A stretch of 64,000 nucleotides of DNA, taken from contig NC_087437.1 in the NCBI RefSeq assembly GCF_036321535.1, positions 100,628,001-100,692,000 on the forward strand, written 5' to 3'. Of this stretch, positions 37,126 through 50,235 are shown in pieces (the first letter of the stretch is position 1; every line of letters begins with the position of its first letter). The notes under the pieces were generated by a model that worked only from the letters and a program-made list of their open reading frames with translations, searched no databases and was not told the DNA's origin. This DNA comes from Camelus dromedarius (lineage: Eukaryota). Both the position numbers and the translations under genes were made by a program.

Positions 37126-38634
37126 CTTCCTGTTTAATAAAATATTTTATTTTTGTAATGAAGAATTATGAATACATATAAATTCTGAACTTCTACCTTG
37201 CACTGAAGTTCATTTTGCTAAACGAAGCACAAAACCCTGAGGTTTCAGGCTGAACACATCTGCCACAATGTGGTATGGCTTCTGTAGTCAGCGCCTCAAC
37301 TTTAGGCTCCCAAAGCACTTGGAATGAATGAAGATCTAAAGGACATTTTGAGGACGGGGCAGAGAGGGTGAAGCTGGAAGGCGGAGCTGCATCACAGGAA
37401 GAAGGAAAAGATCAGGAGTGTGCCCAGGAGGGCAGGAGAGCTGGATGGGTTGAAGGGGAGCCAGGTCCAGCTTTCTCTCCCTGTTATCTCTTCCTGGAGA
37501 CCTGGAGTTTGAGGTGCTTATTAGGTTATCCTAAGAGTCTTAGAGTTGCTCCAGTAGAAACATGTTATGAAAGCAGAAAGATAAGTTTTGGAAGTTGGTG
37601 TAAAATTATATCCATTTATTAATGGTCCTAGTGACTCAGAATTAAAATGTGTCTATGAGCTTAAATAACTTGCTTTCAAATTAAGGTTTGACTAAAGGGT
37701 TAGGTACCGCTTTGTCTTTTCCCCCTATACAATAGAATAAATATTGGACATTTTACATGACATAGTTCCAGACTCAGTCAAAGGGTTTCATCTTTGTGTT
37801 CCTATCTAATTTGATGGTGCTATTTTTAAAGGCATCTTGGAGGGGCAATGTCAAATTGTTTGAAACCAAAGACTGACATGCTAGACTTTAAAAGTGCAAT
37901 TGAAGAGTATTTTAGAACTTACACGAAAGTGCCAAGCAAAATGCTTTTAGCACGAATTTGCAAATTATAAATCTGGCCGAGACTAAGAAATGTTTGGCTC
38001 CTCTGGCTTCAGTGATTTAGTGAGTTTAGTGATTTAGTAAAGACTTCTTGTTAACAGTTTCTTAAATATTTAATGCTCTAGGCAGAAAGATAGGAAGATA
38101 AAAAGTTTGCTGTTGATGAAGAAAATAAATCATTTGGCTTACCTCTAACTCTTGGGGCTTAAAAAGAATCATGCGTGTTAGTAAGTTAAGCAAGGCCTTT
38201 TTGTTATTTTCAAATGTTTGTTAATTTTGAAAATAACTTATGAAAAACAGGAAAATAAACTAGAATCAAATATGCATAAAAATGTGTACTTGAGAGTCCA
38301 AGAATATATTATAGAGCATCTGGTATAGATATGATAAAGTTGATGATTCTAAAGGTAGGAAAAAACATGTTAGCCATTCTCTCATTCTCAGCTTTTCTAG
38401 AAGTTAGTTTGGCAGGAAGGATTGTATGTTCAGTGTTTAAGTTGCTCCCAGGAATAAAGTGAACTTTTCCAGGAGAAGCTCATTACTAAAATGACCTGTA
38501 GAAATCCTGGTACTTGTGCATGCTGAAGGCTAATGTTCATTTATCCACAGGAGGATGGTGACAGTCAGTAGGGCAGGCATGTAAGTTGTCTGATAGTAGT
38601 GATTCATTTTATAGGGTGTTATTAAAAAAAGCCC

Positions 38635-38790
38635 TAAGGATTCTTGTTTCCAGCATCTTCATTTCATGGATAAGGAAACTAGGCTCCACATAGGTGAAAC
38701 GTAGCTAGCCCACAGCTGGTTAATGGAAAGCTGGTTGGGCTAGAATGCAGGGATTCTGATTTCTAGGCTAGTACCTTTCAACTCACAATG
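38635..38790 (-). mobile_element. MIR fragment
   Basis: catttcatggataaggaaactaggctc...ctagaatgcagggattctgatttctag. Confidence 0.6.
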
Positions 38791-39054
38791 CTGTGTTTTG
38801 TAGACTGGTCTCTTCTTTTGGTATATAAAATATTTGGGCAGTTCCTTTGTTAAAAGAACTAAGTTTGTGCTTTGTTAGAAGTACTAACTGAATCTGAAAT
38901 CACCACGATTTTGTTAGAAATCCTTACCATAGATATAAAAGACTTGCGAGGAAGGGTGGGCAGGGTTTAAAGCATGTTGTGTCTCCGTGTGCTTCCGTGC
39001 ACACATATTGGCATCTTTTGACTAACACTGGTTCACCTTTCCCCTTTGGCACAG

Positions 39055-39104
39055 ATTTAGTTGTCCCCGATATCAGGCTCTTTTGCCGCCATTGTCTGCA
39101 ATGA
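39055..39104 (+). CDS. Candidate terminal coding exon of an unidentified + strand gene (xLVVPDIRLFCRHCLQ*)
   Basis: Branch point TGACTAAC 39019-39026, pyrimidine tract ttcacctttcccctttgg, CAG ending 39054; phase-1 frame stops at TGA 39102-39104; ATTAAA at 39155-39160; unique sequence. Confidence 0.45.
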
Positions 39105-40299
39105 GGGAAACATTTCTGGCCAGTATTTTGAAAGATGCTCCTTGAAACCTGTGAATTAAATTTGTCACTTTTGATTTCATTAACATGATTTTCAACCGGA
39201 TTTCTCTGATCAACAAATTTAAGCTAAGGGAATCAAACTTCTAGACCCTCACAAATATATTTTTCTTTCTTTAATCCATGTTTAGATAGATTTTCAAACA
39301 TTGAGGAAATAAAAATACTGCAGAGAATATTAAATTTCTCATTAGGCACACTGCATGCAACTCAAGTTAAATATTGATTTTCGTGGTTGATATAGCAGTT
39401 TTCAAGCCCAAGCTCTTTATGCATTATATATCTGATATGGAAATGACATAGTCTATCAATGGTGAAAGCGAGAGAAGACCTGCTCTGAAGGAGTTAAATG
39501 TGCTAGCTGCCTCAGAACAACTCTGCCCAAAAGTTTAGGAAAGGGAGTGAAGACTATTATGAACAGCTAAATATACTGGAAGAGAAAAGATGTCATAAGA
39601 TAATATAAAATTTGGTGAATAAGAAAGGGGAAATATTTTTTCTCTTGCCAAAGAACCACAGGATCTTTACATCACTGATGTTGGCACTGCTGACCTGAGG
39701 TACTGTTTGTTGTAATGCTGACATTGCAATTCTGCATTGACCTCAGAAGACATTTTGTTGCATATAGAATTGCCAGTGTCCAAAGTAGCCAAAATAGTTT
39801 TGTTTGGTTTTCATTAAAATGCTGACCTGGTCTGATACATTAATTTCTAGTGGCTGGAAGGACCAAAATTTTACAGTGACTTCACTGCAAATGAGATGAC
39901 TGCTTTAGAGCTGAACTTCCATTTGTCCATTGATGATATCAGGACCCTCAAGTAGTATTACAAAGGCAGGTCAACAGTAGCATATTTTCGGAGATAAATA
40001 GAAAAATCTAATTGTCTATATCTACCTATTTCTTAATATTTATTTTGAACAACTTTTTTTTTGGCTTCCTTTGAAAGAAGTAGAGTGACACGTACAAAGA
40101 GTAGGTAATGAATTGTGCAGGAAGTAATAGATTGCTTTGCAGAGTTCTTGCACTTCTGAGGACTGAAAAGCACAAAGAAGAAAGCATCCGCATACCAGCT
40201 CGCACCAGGATAACTGTACCCACAGCTGCACATCTTCCTCACAGATGTGTCTATCATTTTTCTCTCTCTGTCTTTCTGTTGCTGTACATCACACGTCCT

Positions 40300-40512
40300 A
40301 CCACACATATACACACATGTGATACAATATCATATACATGACAAATATGTATAATTTGTGATATTATGTATCAAATCATGCATATATATCTTATCATACA
40401 CATGATATATATATCATATGTAATTTATATCTACCTGTGATGAAAGTATATGTATACATGATATATGTGTGTGTGTATGTGTATATATATACACACAGAG
40501 AAAGAGAAACAG
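40300..40512. repeat. Low-complexity (TA/CA/TG)n tract
   Basis: acacatatacacacatg...atatgtgtgtgtgtatgtgtatatatatacacacagagaaagag. Confidence 0.8.
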
Positions 40513-41352
40513 AGAGGTGGAAAACCAAAACAATGGTGATGTGACAGAGAAGTTGTTCTAATAGAATAGCAACATCAATGCCAAAAGCAAATTCTACAGA
40601 ATTTTCTTCCATTTTTTTAATGGCTTGTGACTATGTCATTATTAATTTGGCCTCATTATAGCTGTGTAATATAACAGCCTAGTTTAGGAAAATAGCCGCT
40701 GACATCGAAACACTACTTGCTACTTCCCCAAAGTCTAGCTGTTCTGTGGTAGCAGAACTTACTGGGCGAGTAGTGATTTTACAGAACATGATCATGGCAA
40801 TCTAAGTACAGAAAAGTTCTGGATTCGAATGACCTGGGCATTCTGTCTGCAGGGGTAATGTAATGGCAGCCCTCTTTCTGTCTCTGGTATCATACTCCCA
40901 ACATGATAATGACAATGGAAATGAATGCAGAGTAGGCATCAGTGAAGATATAAACACCTGCAAGATGTAGATTTTGAATGGCATACTAAACTATGCTAAC
41001 TATGTCAAAGCTTGTCAAGACCCAGGATAGAGGTGATTCTGTTCCATTGGTTCTCAGTATTTACACAAGCCCGATATCTGAAACAATGAAAATGATGAAA
41101 ATACTGTGTTTAGCAGAAAATAATGATTAAAAAAAGTCATTGGTTATAGACTCATGAAACAACACTCCATGTGACAGTGTGTTGTTTGTAATTGACATAA
41201 TCCCTGGATTGAGTGTTGATAGAAGGTGAATCAGGTTAAGTTGGCATTGGAGCAACAGGAAAACAGAGGAAGAATATTAAAAAAAAGGAAGAATCACCAG
41301 ACCATAAACGTGATAGAGTATGAGTTCAGTGACAAAGAAAACTCACCAAATA

Positions 41353-41773
41353 CAGGTATGCCACACTTTTCCAAAGTTTGCTTTATACCACTTTGCTTTT
41401 ATGAAAGACCTACATTAGTACCTATTTTCACTAACTGAAAGAAATTTTAAGAGGATTTTTGCTTTTATGAAAAAGAAGGAAAGCGAAAATAGCTTTCAGC
41501 CTTTGTTTTGCAGCCAGCCATTATAGAGGCAGTGTGCATCCTGAGCAGTGAGTGGCGCCATCAAGCTGCTTCCCTGGGAACGACATGCAGCGTCTCAGCA
41601 TGAAGCACCATAGCTTTGAAATGTGTCTGTGAGCACTTGTGCTTTATCTTGATTTATTTTGTGCATCCGTTAGCAAAATGTATCCTAAGGTAATTGCTTC
41701 TTTCTTTTAGGCCATTTCGGCTTATGAAAGGTTTCATAGGAACGCTCTGCTTTCGGACAGCAGGGGAAACTTG
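41353..41773. mobile_element. TcMar-Tigger non-autonomous DNA transposon (artiodactyl Tigger-like)
   Basis: TA|caggtatgccacacttttccaaagt ... gctttcggacagcaggggaaacttg|TA; imperfect TIRs with TA TSD. Confidence 0.85.
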
Positions 41774-42753
41774 TAGCGCAAAGCTTACACGTTCGAAAAT
41801 AACAAGCAGCAGCCCAGAAGCTGATCTCAGCTTGGGGGTTGGCATGTTAATTTTAATGCAGAAAAAGTATTCTTTAAAAGGAAAATCCTCCTCCAGAAGA
41901 CACAAAGGACCTCTATAGAAAACCGTCATTTCTTCTGATTTTGTGAAAAACAAAACTACCTTACGATGGATGGAATTATAATTACATTTTCAGAAAAACA
42001 TTAAAAAAAAGTGACAAAAACAGCAGGATATGGCTGGTTTGATGAAAGTTCCCTAAAACTGAATCCTTTCAAAGAACTGACGACGGGAATTAGCGTGGAT
42101 CCAAAAAAGTTTCCAAGAGCGATGATAGAGATGGTTTCCAGTTTAGACCTTTGCTGACAGTCCAGCTGTGTTTACCCTTCATGAAGCCCTGAGGAGCAAA
42201 GTAACAGAATCAGTATAGAAGAGCTGCTCATGGACTCAGAGTTCAGAGAGGAGGGGGCAGAGAAGATAGCTGAACGTGCTGGAAGGATGTTTCAGCGGGG
42301 GGACACACTTTGTAATTAGGATTCCGTAGGCATACTTGCCACAGTTTACTGCTACCCTTTCCTTCCATCTATTTACTGAAGATATATTGAAGACGAACAG
42401 CATGACATTAATTAATTTAAAATAGACTGTTCCTATTTGTATACAGATATTTCTCTGGGAAAAGTGAGAGAGAATCGATTGTGTGCCCTTGGGGGTAAAC
42501 ATAGGTGTGTTTATAAGAATCCCACCTAGGCTCATACTATTTGAGAAAAAAATAACAGTAACCACAACTATTTTCAAGCAAATTAAAATTTCGTGATGAT
42601 TTTAGGTTTTGATTGGTTAAATATGAAAGAGAATTAAAATATATTTAGGAGATTTGTAATTTGTAAACATTCAAATAGTTCTTTTTTATACAATCAAGGA
42701 ATTATGTAAAGAATATTACTTTAAAAAACACTTGAAGAAGCAGAGTCATTTCT

Positions 42754-43267
42754 GGAAATCCTGCCATTTGTGACAATATAGATGATCCTGAAGGACATTA
42801 TGCTAAGTGAAATAAGCCAACCACAGAAGGACAAATACTACATAATTGCACTTGCATGAGGAATGTAAAATAGTCAAACCCAAGGAAGCAGAGTAGAAGG
42901 GTAGCTGCCAGGGCCTGGGGGGAAGGGGCACAGGGAGGTGCTGGTCACAGGGTACTAAGTTTCAGTTACACAAGATGAGTAAGTCCTAGAGATGAATTGT
43001 ACATTATAGTGCTTGTAGTTAACAGTACTGTCTTGTGCTTAAAAGTTTGCTAAGAGATAGATCTTCTGTTGAGTGTTCTTATCACAAAAAAACACAAAGA
43101 GGTAAGGAGGAAACTTATGGAGGTAATCAATAAGTTTATGGCATTGATTGTAGTGATGGTGTCATGGGTGTATAGCTGTCACTAAACTCATCAAATTTTA
43201 TACTTTAATTATACGGGTTTTTGTATGTCAGTCATACCTCAATAAAATACCTAGTTTAAAAAAAAAA
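42754..43267 (+). mobile_element. L1MB-type 3' end
   Basis: ggaaatcctgccatttgtgacaa...ggacattatgctaagtgaaataagcca...atacctcaataaa plus A tail. Confidence 0.88.
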
Positions 43268-43775
43268 CCCTTAATGAATTCCCATTGCTCTTAAGATAAA
43301 GGCCAAACATTTGAACATGGCCTCCAGGTCCAAGCATTGCCTGGTATTCATCATCCTCCTTTGCATCTCATTTTTTTCACATTTCTCACTCCTGCTTTCT
43401 ATTCTCTGTCTACTATATTGCTCATGTGATCAGCTGCTTCTCATTAAAGGTCGTTCCCTCTTTCTGGACGATATCCCCCTTTTACACTCAAGCTCTCCTT
43501 CACCTCATGCTTCTACTGTTCTCTGAGACTATAAATCAATCTTCATTTTTCCTAAGAGTCTTTCACTGGCCTGCTGCCCTGGGTCAGATGTTCCTTTCTG
43601 CATTAGCACTTATCACAATTATAATTTATTTTAAATTGTGTTAGACTTAAATAATCCCCATCTCTCCCATGAGAGCTCTGTCAGTTTTCACTTACTAATT
43701 TATTCTCAGTGCCTAATACAATGCCTGACACTAGCTAGGTATTTGACAATTTTTGATAAAATTAATAAAAATGAA
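43268..43775 (+). mobile_element. L2 3' region
   Basis: tcccattgctcttaagataaaggccaaac...ctcagtgcctaatacaatgcctgacac. Confidence 0.7.
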
Positions 43776-45618
43776 TCTAAATTAAAAATATGTAATGAGT
43801 GTCTGCCTTATTAATATTTCAGTAATAGTTTATAGTTAATTAAGTTAAGTGAAAGGAGATTCAACAAGAATATTGCTGTTAACACAAATGGAATCATGAT
43901 GTCAAATGATTGGTGTATGTGGTGCTAGCAGTTACCCCATTGTTGTGTGTTGGGTGGACGAAGTCATTTGTGAATCAGATACAGCTCATGCTTTTGAAAA
44001 TGGTGGTTGCTACTACCAATTGAAGGATGGGTTTTATGATTAGGTTCCATGGGGAGGATTGATGCTTGTACCCACTATATGATTATCTTACCATATCGTG
44101 CTCTTTGAACACAAGGGCACACACACATGATGTACGCACACACCTCCAGCTTCTCTGTATAGCCAGTCATGCCCAGTTTCTGATTCAATCCACAGCCCTG
44201 CATTGAAATCGGCCTTATGAAACACTGTAAACCACCTGAGGACATAGACCTTCTCTTTCACCTTCTCATCTTCAAGCTCTAATAAAATACTTGGCTCATA
44301 ACACTCTAAAAATTATATGATAAATGAGTAAATTTAATGATTAATGAATGCACAAAAGGCATGGACCTCTATGCACATAGTTCTCTCAAGGAATTTTGAG
44401 AATTGAGAATGCCATAGGTATTTGGAGACTTGAAATTTTGTGTCAGTAGTGTTATTTCTTTCCTGATAAGATGATTAGTGGAGTGTTATTTAATAAGAAG
44501 TGAAAGATTTTAAGCAAAGCATTGCACTCCTCGAGATTGCAGTCAAGTTGCTGATGAAGCCTAAGTACAGAAGCAGGCAGACAGACATTACATTAAAATT
44601 TTTAAGAAGTTCAGGAGGAAAACACCATTGTTTTAGCAAAGCTAGGGATCATTCATCATTCAGAGGTACTCGTTGAATGCGATATTGGAGACAATTTTGA
44701 TAAAACATGAGACACTAAGGCACTTTCGTTTTTCTTGGCAACAAAAGCTCAAGTGAAGTTTTGAATAATTATTTGAGGGTATTAAGAAATGCATTAAAAA
44801 AACTTTTAACATGAATGCTGTGATGGCACATTTGAGAAGGAAGAAACTCACATTGTTAATGATGCACTGCTGTTTAGCAGAAGCAACCTAATCCAGTTTA
44901 GCTACTTCATCGGAAAATTTGAAAGGCAAATATTTGTTACATTTCAGTGACCACCCACCATATAAATCTATAGCAAATTTTGTTAGGGAGGTTATGGAGG
45001 ATTTTGGTATTGATTGCTGACTCTAAAACTGAGTTAGAGTTAAATTAACTTGGAAACTTGAAATTTCTTTTTTTCATGCCCTCTACTCATGATTCATGCT
45101 GCTAAATTACATTTTCTGTGAAATATAAGGTTATGTATTTTATTTCAGGTTATTAAAAAGCTAGGAAATTATGTGCTCGATTTCCAATCTTCTTTCATAA
45201 ATATGCAACATTTCTTTTCCTGTAAACTAAGATTTTCAGACCAGAAATTGTTTAATTCTAAGAGAGGCTCTAACAATTTTCTTTCTTTCAATTACATGTT
45301 TTTTTAAATCTGATTTTTAAGCCACAATAAGAGAAAGTCTGACGTTGTTTAATTTACATTTGAATATTTTATTTCTGTGTGTTTTTTCTCATATGATGCT
45401 ATAGGTTTGAATGTCCCTCTCTAGGGACTGGTAACTGATGAGAGAGCCCATTCCACTTCCTCCACGAATAAGAGATCTCATAACAACTTTGTGGAAGGAC
45501 CTTGAAATGGGGACAGAGAAAATCATGTAGGGAGAAGGATAAAATCCCTGCCATTGCCTAAAAAGAAATATGGGTGGATTCTTGTACCACATTTTCTGTG
45601 AAGTATAACTTAGGGGGC

Positions 45619-46010
45619 TGTCATGGGCTGAATTATGTTTCCTCCAAAGTTATAAGCTGAAGCTCTAACCTCCAGTACCTCAGAATGTGACATTATTTAG
45701 AGATAGAGTCTTTAAAGAAGTAACTAAAATGAGGATGTTAGGGTGGGTCCTAATCTAATTTGACATGTTCTTAAAAGGAAAGGGACTTTGGACATACAGA
45801 TACCAGGGCAGTTCACACACACAGAGACGACTGTGAAGAGGCAGCAAGAAGGGGGCCATCTACAAGCCAAGGAGGGGACTTGGGAGAAACCATATCTGCT
45901 GGCACCTTGATCTTGGACTTCTGGCCTCCTTAACTGTGAGAAAATAAATTTCTATTGTTTAAGTCACTATCTGTGATTGTTTGTTATGGCAGCCTTAGCA
46001 AACACATATA
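45619..46010 (+). mobile_element. MaLR LTR (MLT1B-like)
   Basis: tgtcatgggctgaattatg...ggcaccttgatcttggacttctggcctcc...tgttatggcagccttagcaaac; TSD ggggc/gaggc. Confidence 0.85.
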
Positions 46011-46169
46011 GAGGCATGGAAGATGCTTAGTGAGCTGTGTTTCATGCAGACAGTATAAAGGGCTCCTTGTAGGTACTCACCTCAGCACATGTTGGTATCA
46101 CTTTTAAGCCATATAGAGAGATATCTGAGCTGGTGAGAGAAGACTTCTTGGAAAGATGAGTAGAAACTT

Positions 46170-46604
46170 TGTTATGGATTGAACTGTGTTCCCCCAAAAG
46201 ATATGTTGAAAGCCTAACCACTAGGACTTCATAAGGTGACCTTCTGTGAAAATAGAGTCTTTGCAGACGAAGTCAAGTTAGGGTGAGGTCTTTAGGGGGG
46301 ACCTCAATGCAGTATGACCTGTGTCCATATAGAAAGGGGAAATTTGGACACAGACATGCACATGGGGAGAACAGCTTGTGAAGATAAAGACAATCAGGAC
46401 GATGCTTCTACAAGTCAAGCAATGCTGATTGTCAGCAGACTGCCGGGAGCGAAGGGAGACACATTCAGCAGATTTTCCCTCCCAGCCCTCAGAAAGAACC
46501 AACCCTACCTACGTGTTGATCCAGGACTTCCAGCCCCCAGAGCCATGAGACAATACATTCCTGTTGTTTAAGCACCTGCCCGGCAGCCCTAGAAAAACAA
46601 CACA
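46170..46604 (+). mobile_element. MaLR LTR (MLT1C-like)
   Basis: tgttatggattgaactgtgttcccccaaaagatatgttgaa...cagccctcagaaagaaccaaccct. Confidence 0.85.
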
Positions 46605-47039
46605 CACTTGATTTCATTTCTTTTCGTTCATACTTGAGAAATGTGGATTCCTGAATCATAAAACTTCAGTTATTATTGTTTATTGTCTCCAATAATGTTC
46701 TCTAAACATTGCTATTCCAAATAATTTCCCACTTCTCTTTTGTATGACTGGCTGTGTCCTCAGCCAGCAGTCTATTCAGAGTTCATTTGTGATCGACTCT
46801 TTCTTCACACCTAAGAAGTTGCTGAGTAGATTAAAACATTTTTTTTCATTTCAGCATTCACTGGATTTTAATTCTTGTTCTGTTTCATTTCTCTTTCCTC
46901 CCAACCTTTAGTCTTTCTCTTTTCATCGAAGTACTAGATTTTCTCTTTTATTTCCCCTCTCATTTAAAAAATAAAATGATACACAACAAAAATCCTTTTT
47001 TTTTTAAGATTAATTTTGCCCTCTCTTCAGTCTACACCT

Positions 47040-48300
47040 CTAAATGTTTGCTTCTCTTCAAGATCAAACTTCTATTTGAAACCAAAGTTTTTAGAATAGA
47101 TGTTTCAGTCTGCTCTCACTCTGTCCTTCCCTAAAGATTATTCCGTCGTCCACTGGACACTGTTCTGGCATCCTCTCTCACCCTGAAAGTGTTCTTGTTG
47201 ATGGTACCAAATTGAGTTGACCTTTTGAAGGCCTCATCTTACTGGACATCTCTGCATGATTGAAAATTTCCTTCTTGAAAATTCTCTTCTCTCTGGGTTA
47301 TGAAGCTCTATTTCAATATCATGAGGCAATTCCTTTCATTTTTAACCCATACATGAACCCTTCACAGTTCCTGACACCTGGAAAACCTCAACAGTTTCCT
47401 TTCCTTGCAAGTTAACCTGCCACAGTTTCATATAACTCTTGGGTTAGAGACTAGGAGTCTTTTTACTTAACACTAGCAGTGCCAGAGAATCAGCATTTGC
47501 ACTATTTTCTGAGCTCTGATTCCCACAAAGGGACACAAAGAAGGCCACTCTGTGAGTTGCACTATAGAAGAGGAATTCTGAGCTTAGAGAAGCAAGATAT
47601 TGTGTAATGGACTCTAAGTCTGTCTGATCTTCACCCTGCAGGAAGACATTATCTTTGTTATTCTGGGCCGGAACTAAACTTCCCCATGTTCTGGAGGGAG
47701 ACACTAACTCCATCTTCTAAGCTTATTAACTACACAAACATCCTTGAAAAGATAGCCCAGAACAAAGACCATCAGTGCATCTGCTTTCAAGATAAGACAT
47801 GAGAGACTCATGGAGAACTGTCTCCTAAACCTAAAAAATGGTCCTTCAACTACCATTTTAACTTCAATGACCTCTAAAACTTTCTCTCTTTGAACTCTCA
47901 TCATGGCAACTTGGATGATATGTCTAAAATAGAACCGTTTTTCTTTATCCCAATTATGTTCTCTTTCTGCATTTCTCAGTTTAGTAAATGCTGTCAATAT
48001 TTATTATTGCAAAGTAGTAAAATCATAGCCATTCTTTGAACCTTTCTTTCTTGTTCACTAATAAGTTATTAAAGCCCTGTGGGTTTTACTTGAATAATTT
48101 TTTTTTTTTTTTACAATTATAATTCCCACCTCTGTTTTGGTTCAGCCCTCAACATCCTACTTGAGGCTGTAACTACAGCTCTTTAATTGGTCTCTCTAAT
48201 TCTATGCTCACTCCTTCAGTTCTATCCTCTACATGGTTGCCTGAGTGATCTTTCTAAAAATGTATCTATTTCAGAACTTTTTAGTAACTCCCTGTATGGA
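47040..48300 (+). mobile_element. L2 fragments split by an LTR
   Basis: cctcatcttactggacatctctgca...cttcttgaaaattctcttctctctggg; resumes at ~47840 (acttggatgatatgtctaaaatagaac). Confidence 0.6.
47400..47830 (-). mobile_element. ERVL LTR (LTR40-like)
   Basis: ggagggagacacta...acaaacatccttgaaaagatagcccagaacaaag...tgagagactcatggagaactgtctcc. Confidence 0.65.
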
Positions 48301-48792
48301 TGACACTTGGTACCTCTTCCCTAAAATCTGAGGTGTGGATGGCCAAGTGAAAAGTGGACAGAGATCTTATCTGTGGAATACACATTTCTGTTTCATTTAG
48401 TAGTAAATCATACATGCCTGTACCTTATGTAATATTTAACATCCAAAATAAGCTTTATTTTCTCCTATACACACTACATACATCACAGCCCTCTTCAAAT
48501 ATAAGGCTTACTTTTGTCTTCAGTGTTTCTACTCTGCTGGTCAACAAGTGGTAAGAAACTTTGTTAGAGGTTTTACAAATAAAGTCCTTGTAGTTCTGTC
48601 ATAGAAGGATATAGTAACCTGCTTATACAAATCTATTTTTAAAATAGCTTCACTGCATTGCAGAGCTATGTGCTGAATACTCAGCTGCTAGCAGAATTTG
48701 GGTCTCTAGTTCTCAAAATACTAATAGTAAATTAGTTAAAAAAAATGTGTAATGCTCATTGAAAAGCAGCTTTCCAGACCTTGGATTAGTTA

Positions 48793-49413
48793 TGAGACAG
48801 GATGGAAGGTGGCAGGGCACAGCCACTCAAGGAATGACAGCAATTTAACACCAAAATGGTGGAAGATTCACCTCCTAGTTGGCCTTGAGGATTAAGAAGT
48901 TTGACTTCTAGTAGACCTTGGGCTTCATTATATGCTCATTGTAACAGCATGATAAGTAACATGCCCGCAGGCGCCATGACAGCCCCAAGGCTAACTGCAA
49001 AAGGCCAAAGATTGGGCAGTGGCCCAATCCCTGGGAATCCCAGCTCCTTCCCCAGGGCAGTTGGAATGATTCCACCTTTAGGCATGTGAAGGTACTAAGC
49101 CCATAAAAACTGGCAACACCTTGTCTAGTGGCCCTTTTCGCTCCCTCCTCTTTGGAGACAGCCTGCGCTCTGTCTATGGAATGTGTACCTACTTTTACTT
49201 TAACCTGAGCACCCAATTCCCACATCTATTTCCTTACCTTTCTCTTGCCTTACGCTGTATGCAATATCTCTCTAAATAAATCTCAACTGTGGCTCACTCT
49301 TGAATTCTTTCCTGTGCGAAGCCAAGGACCCATACTTGGCGGGGCATGTACCAGGGGCTCAACAAGCCTGGGACACAGCTCTTCTCATGCTCCACATTTG
49401 TTTTCCTGCATCA
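48793..49413 (+). mobile_element. ERV1 solo LTR, MER41-like
   Basis: TG...CA termini; 4-bp TSD GTTA 48789-48792 / 49414-49417; MER41-type motifs gcgccatgacag, cataaaaactggcaac, gctctgtctatgga, tgaattctttcctgtgcga; AATAAA at 49275. Confidence 0.85.
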
Positions 49414-49687
49414 GTTAGAAGCTTTAGTTATATCTTCAATGGAATTTGTCAAAATGTGCTTAGTGACAAACATTAAATGGCACACAGTTCATCATTTGAA
49501 ATTATGGTAATCAATATTTTTTAGGGCAAGAATGGCAGTTACATGGATGAAACTTCTCCCACCCCCAACCCTTTTTATTTGCAAAGAGTTGACATTATCT
49601 GAAGGAAGGGCTTCAGATTTCAGATGAGGGCTGAGGAGAAAAGCTCTAGCAAAAATGAATTGGAAGAGTGTTAGAAGTTGTGCTCAA

Positions 49688-50235
49688 TGTTGTGCCGTGA
49701 TGGTGTGCGGGTTGGTAAAAGAATTTACCAAGAACCAAAGACCACGAGGACTTAAGAACAAAGTGGAGGTTTAGTAGATACGCTGCTGCAGACAACAGCG
49801 GGCCACACAGACAAGAGGTGCCTGGTGAGCGCTGGGGAGGACGTTCAGGGCCTTTTATTTGGTGTGAGGGGCTGTGCACATGAGGAGTAGGGGGCTACAT
49901 GATCAATTCATGCACAGCTGCCTGATTGATTGTAAGATCTCTCAGGAACCACTCTGAATAATAGGGTTTGTAACTTGATAAAGGCAGGATTCCAGGCCTT
50001 TTCCCCTAGAGTGTTGTGAGATGGGCTGTTTCCTGGGGCGATGAGTTTTGTTAGGGTAAACACACAACAAGAGAGGATTCTTTTATCTTGTAGTAATGCA
50101 GGCATGCGGAGTGTCCGGCAGTGAGGAGTGGGGGTTGAGGTGTCAATAGCCTCCTGGCACACAGAAAGCCCAGGGGTGGGAGTTTTATGACTCTAGAGAG
50201 TGCCAGACGGCTCCACGTGTAGGAATTTGGTAACA
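49688..50235 (-). mobile_element. ERV solo LTR, family uncertain, relatively young
   Basis: TGTT...AACA bounded GC- and CpG-retaining block; TATA-like aaataaaagg and degenerate poly(A) signal on the minus strand; no clean TSD found. Confidence 0.6.

Noticed and set aside
38011..38040. Short repeat agtgatttagtgagtttagtgatttag (similar short arrays at 55535-55570 and 58860-58890) as CRISPR-like or functional arrays
   Set aside because: Two or three degenerate units without spacers; simple slippage. No CRISPR or other prokaryotic features occur in the window.
42911..42935. G-quadruplex motif
   Set aside because: Ordinary G-rich tract of an L1 3'UTR.
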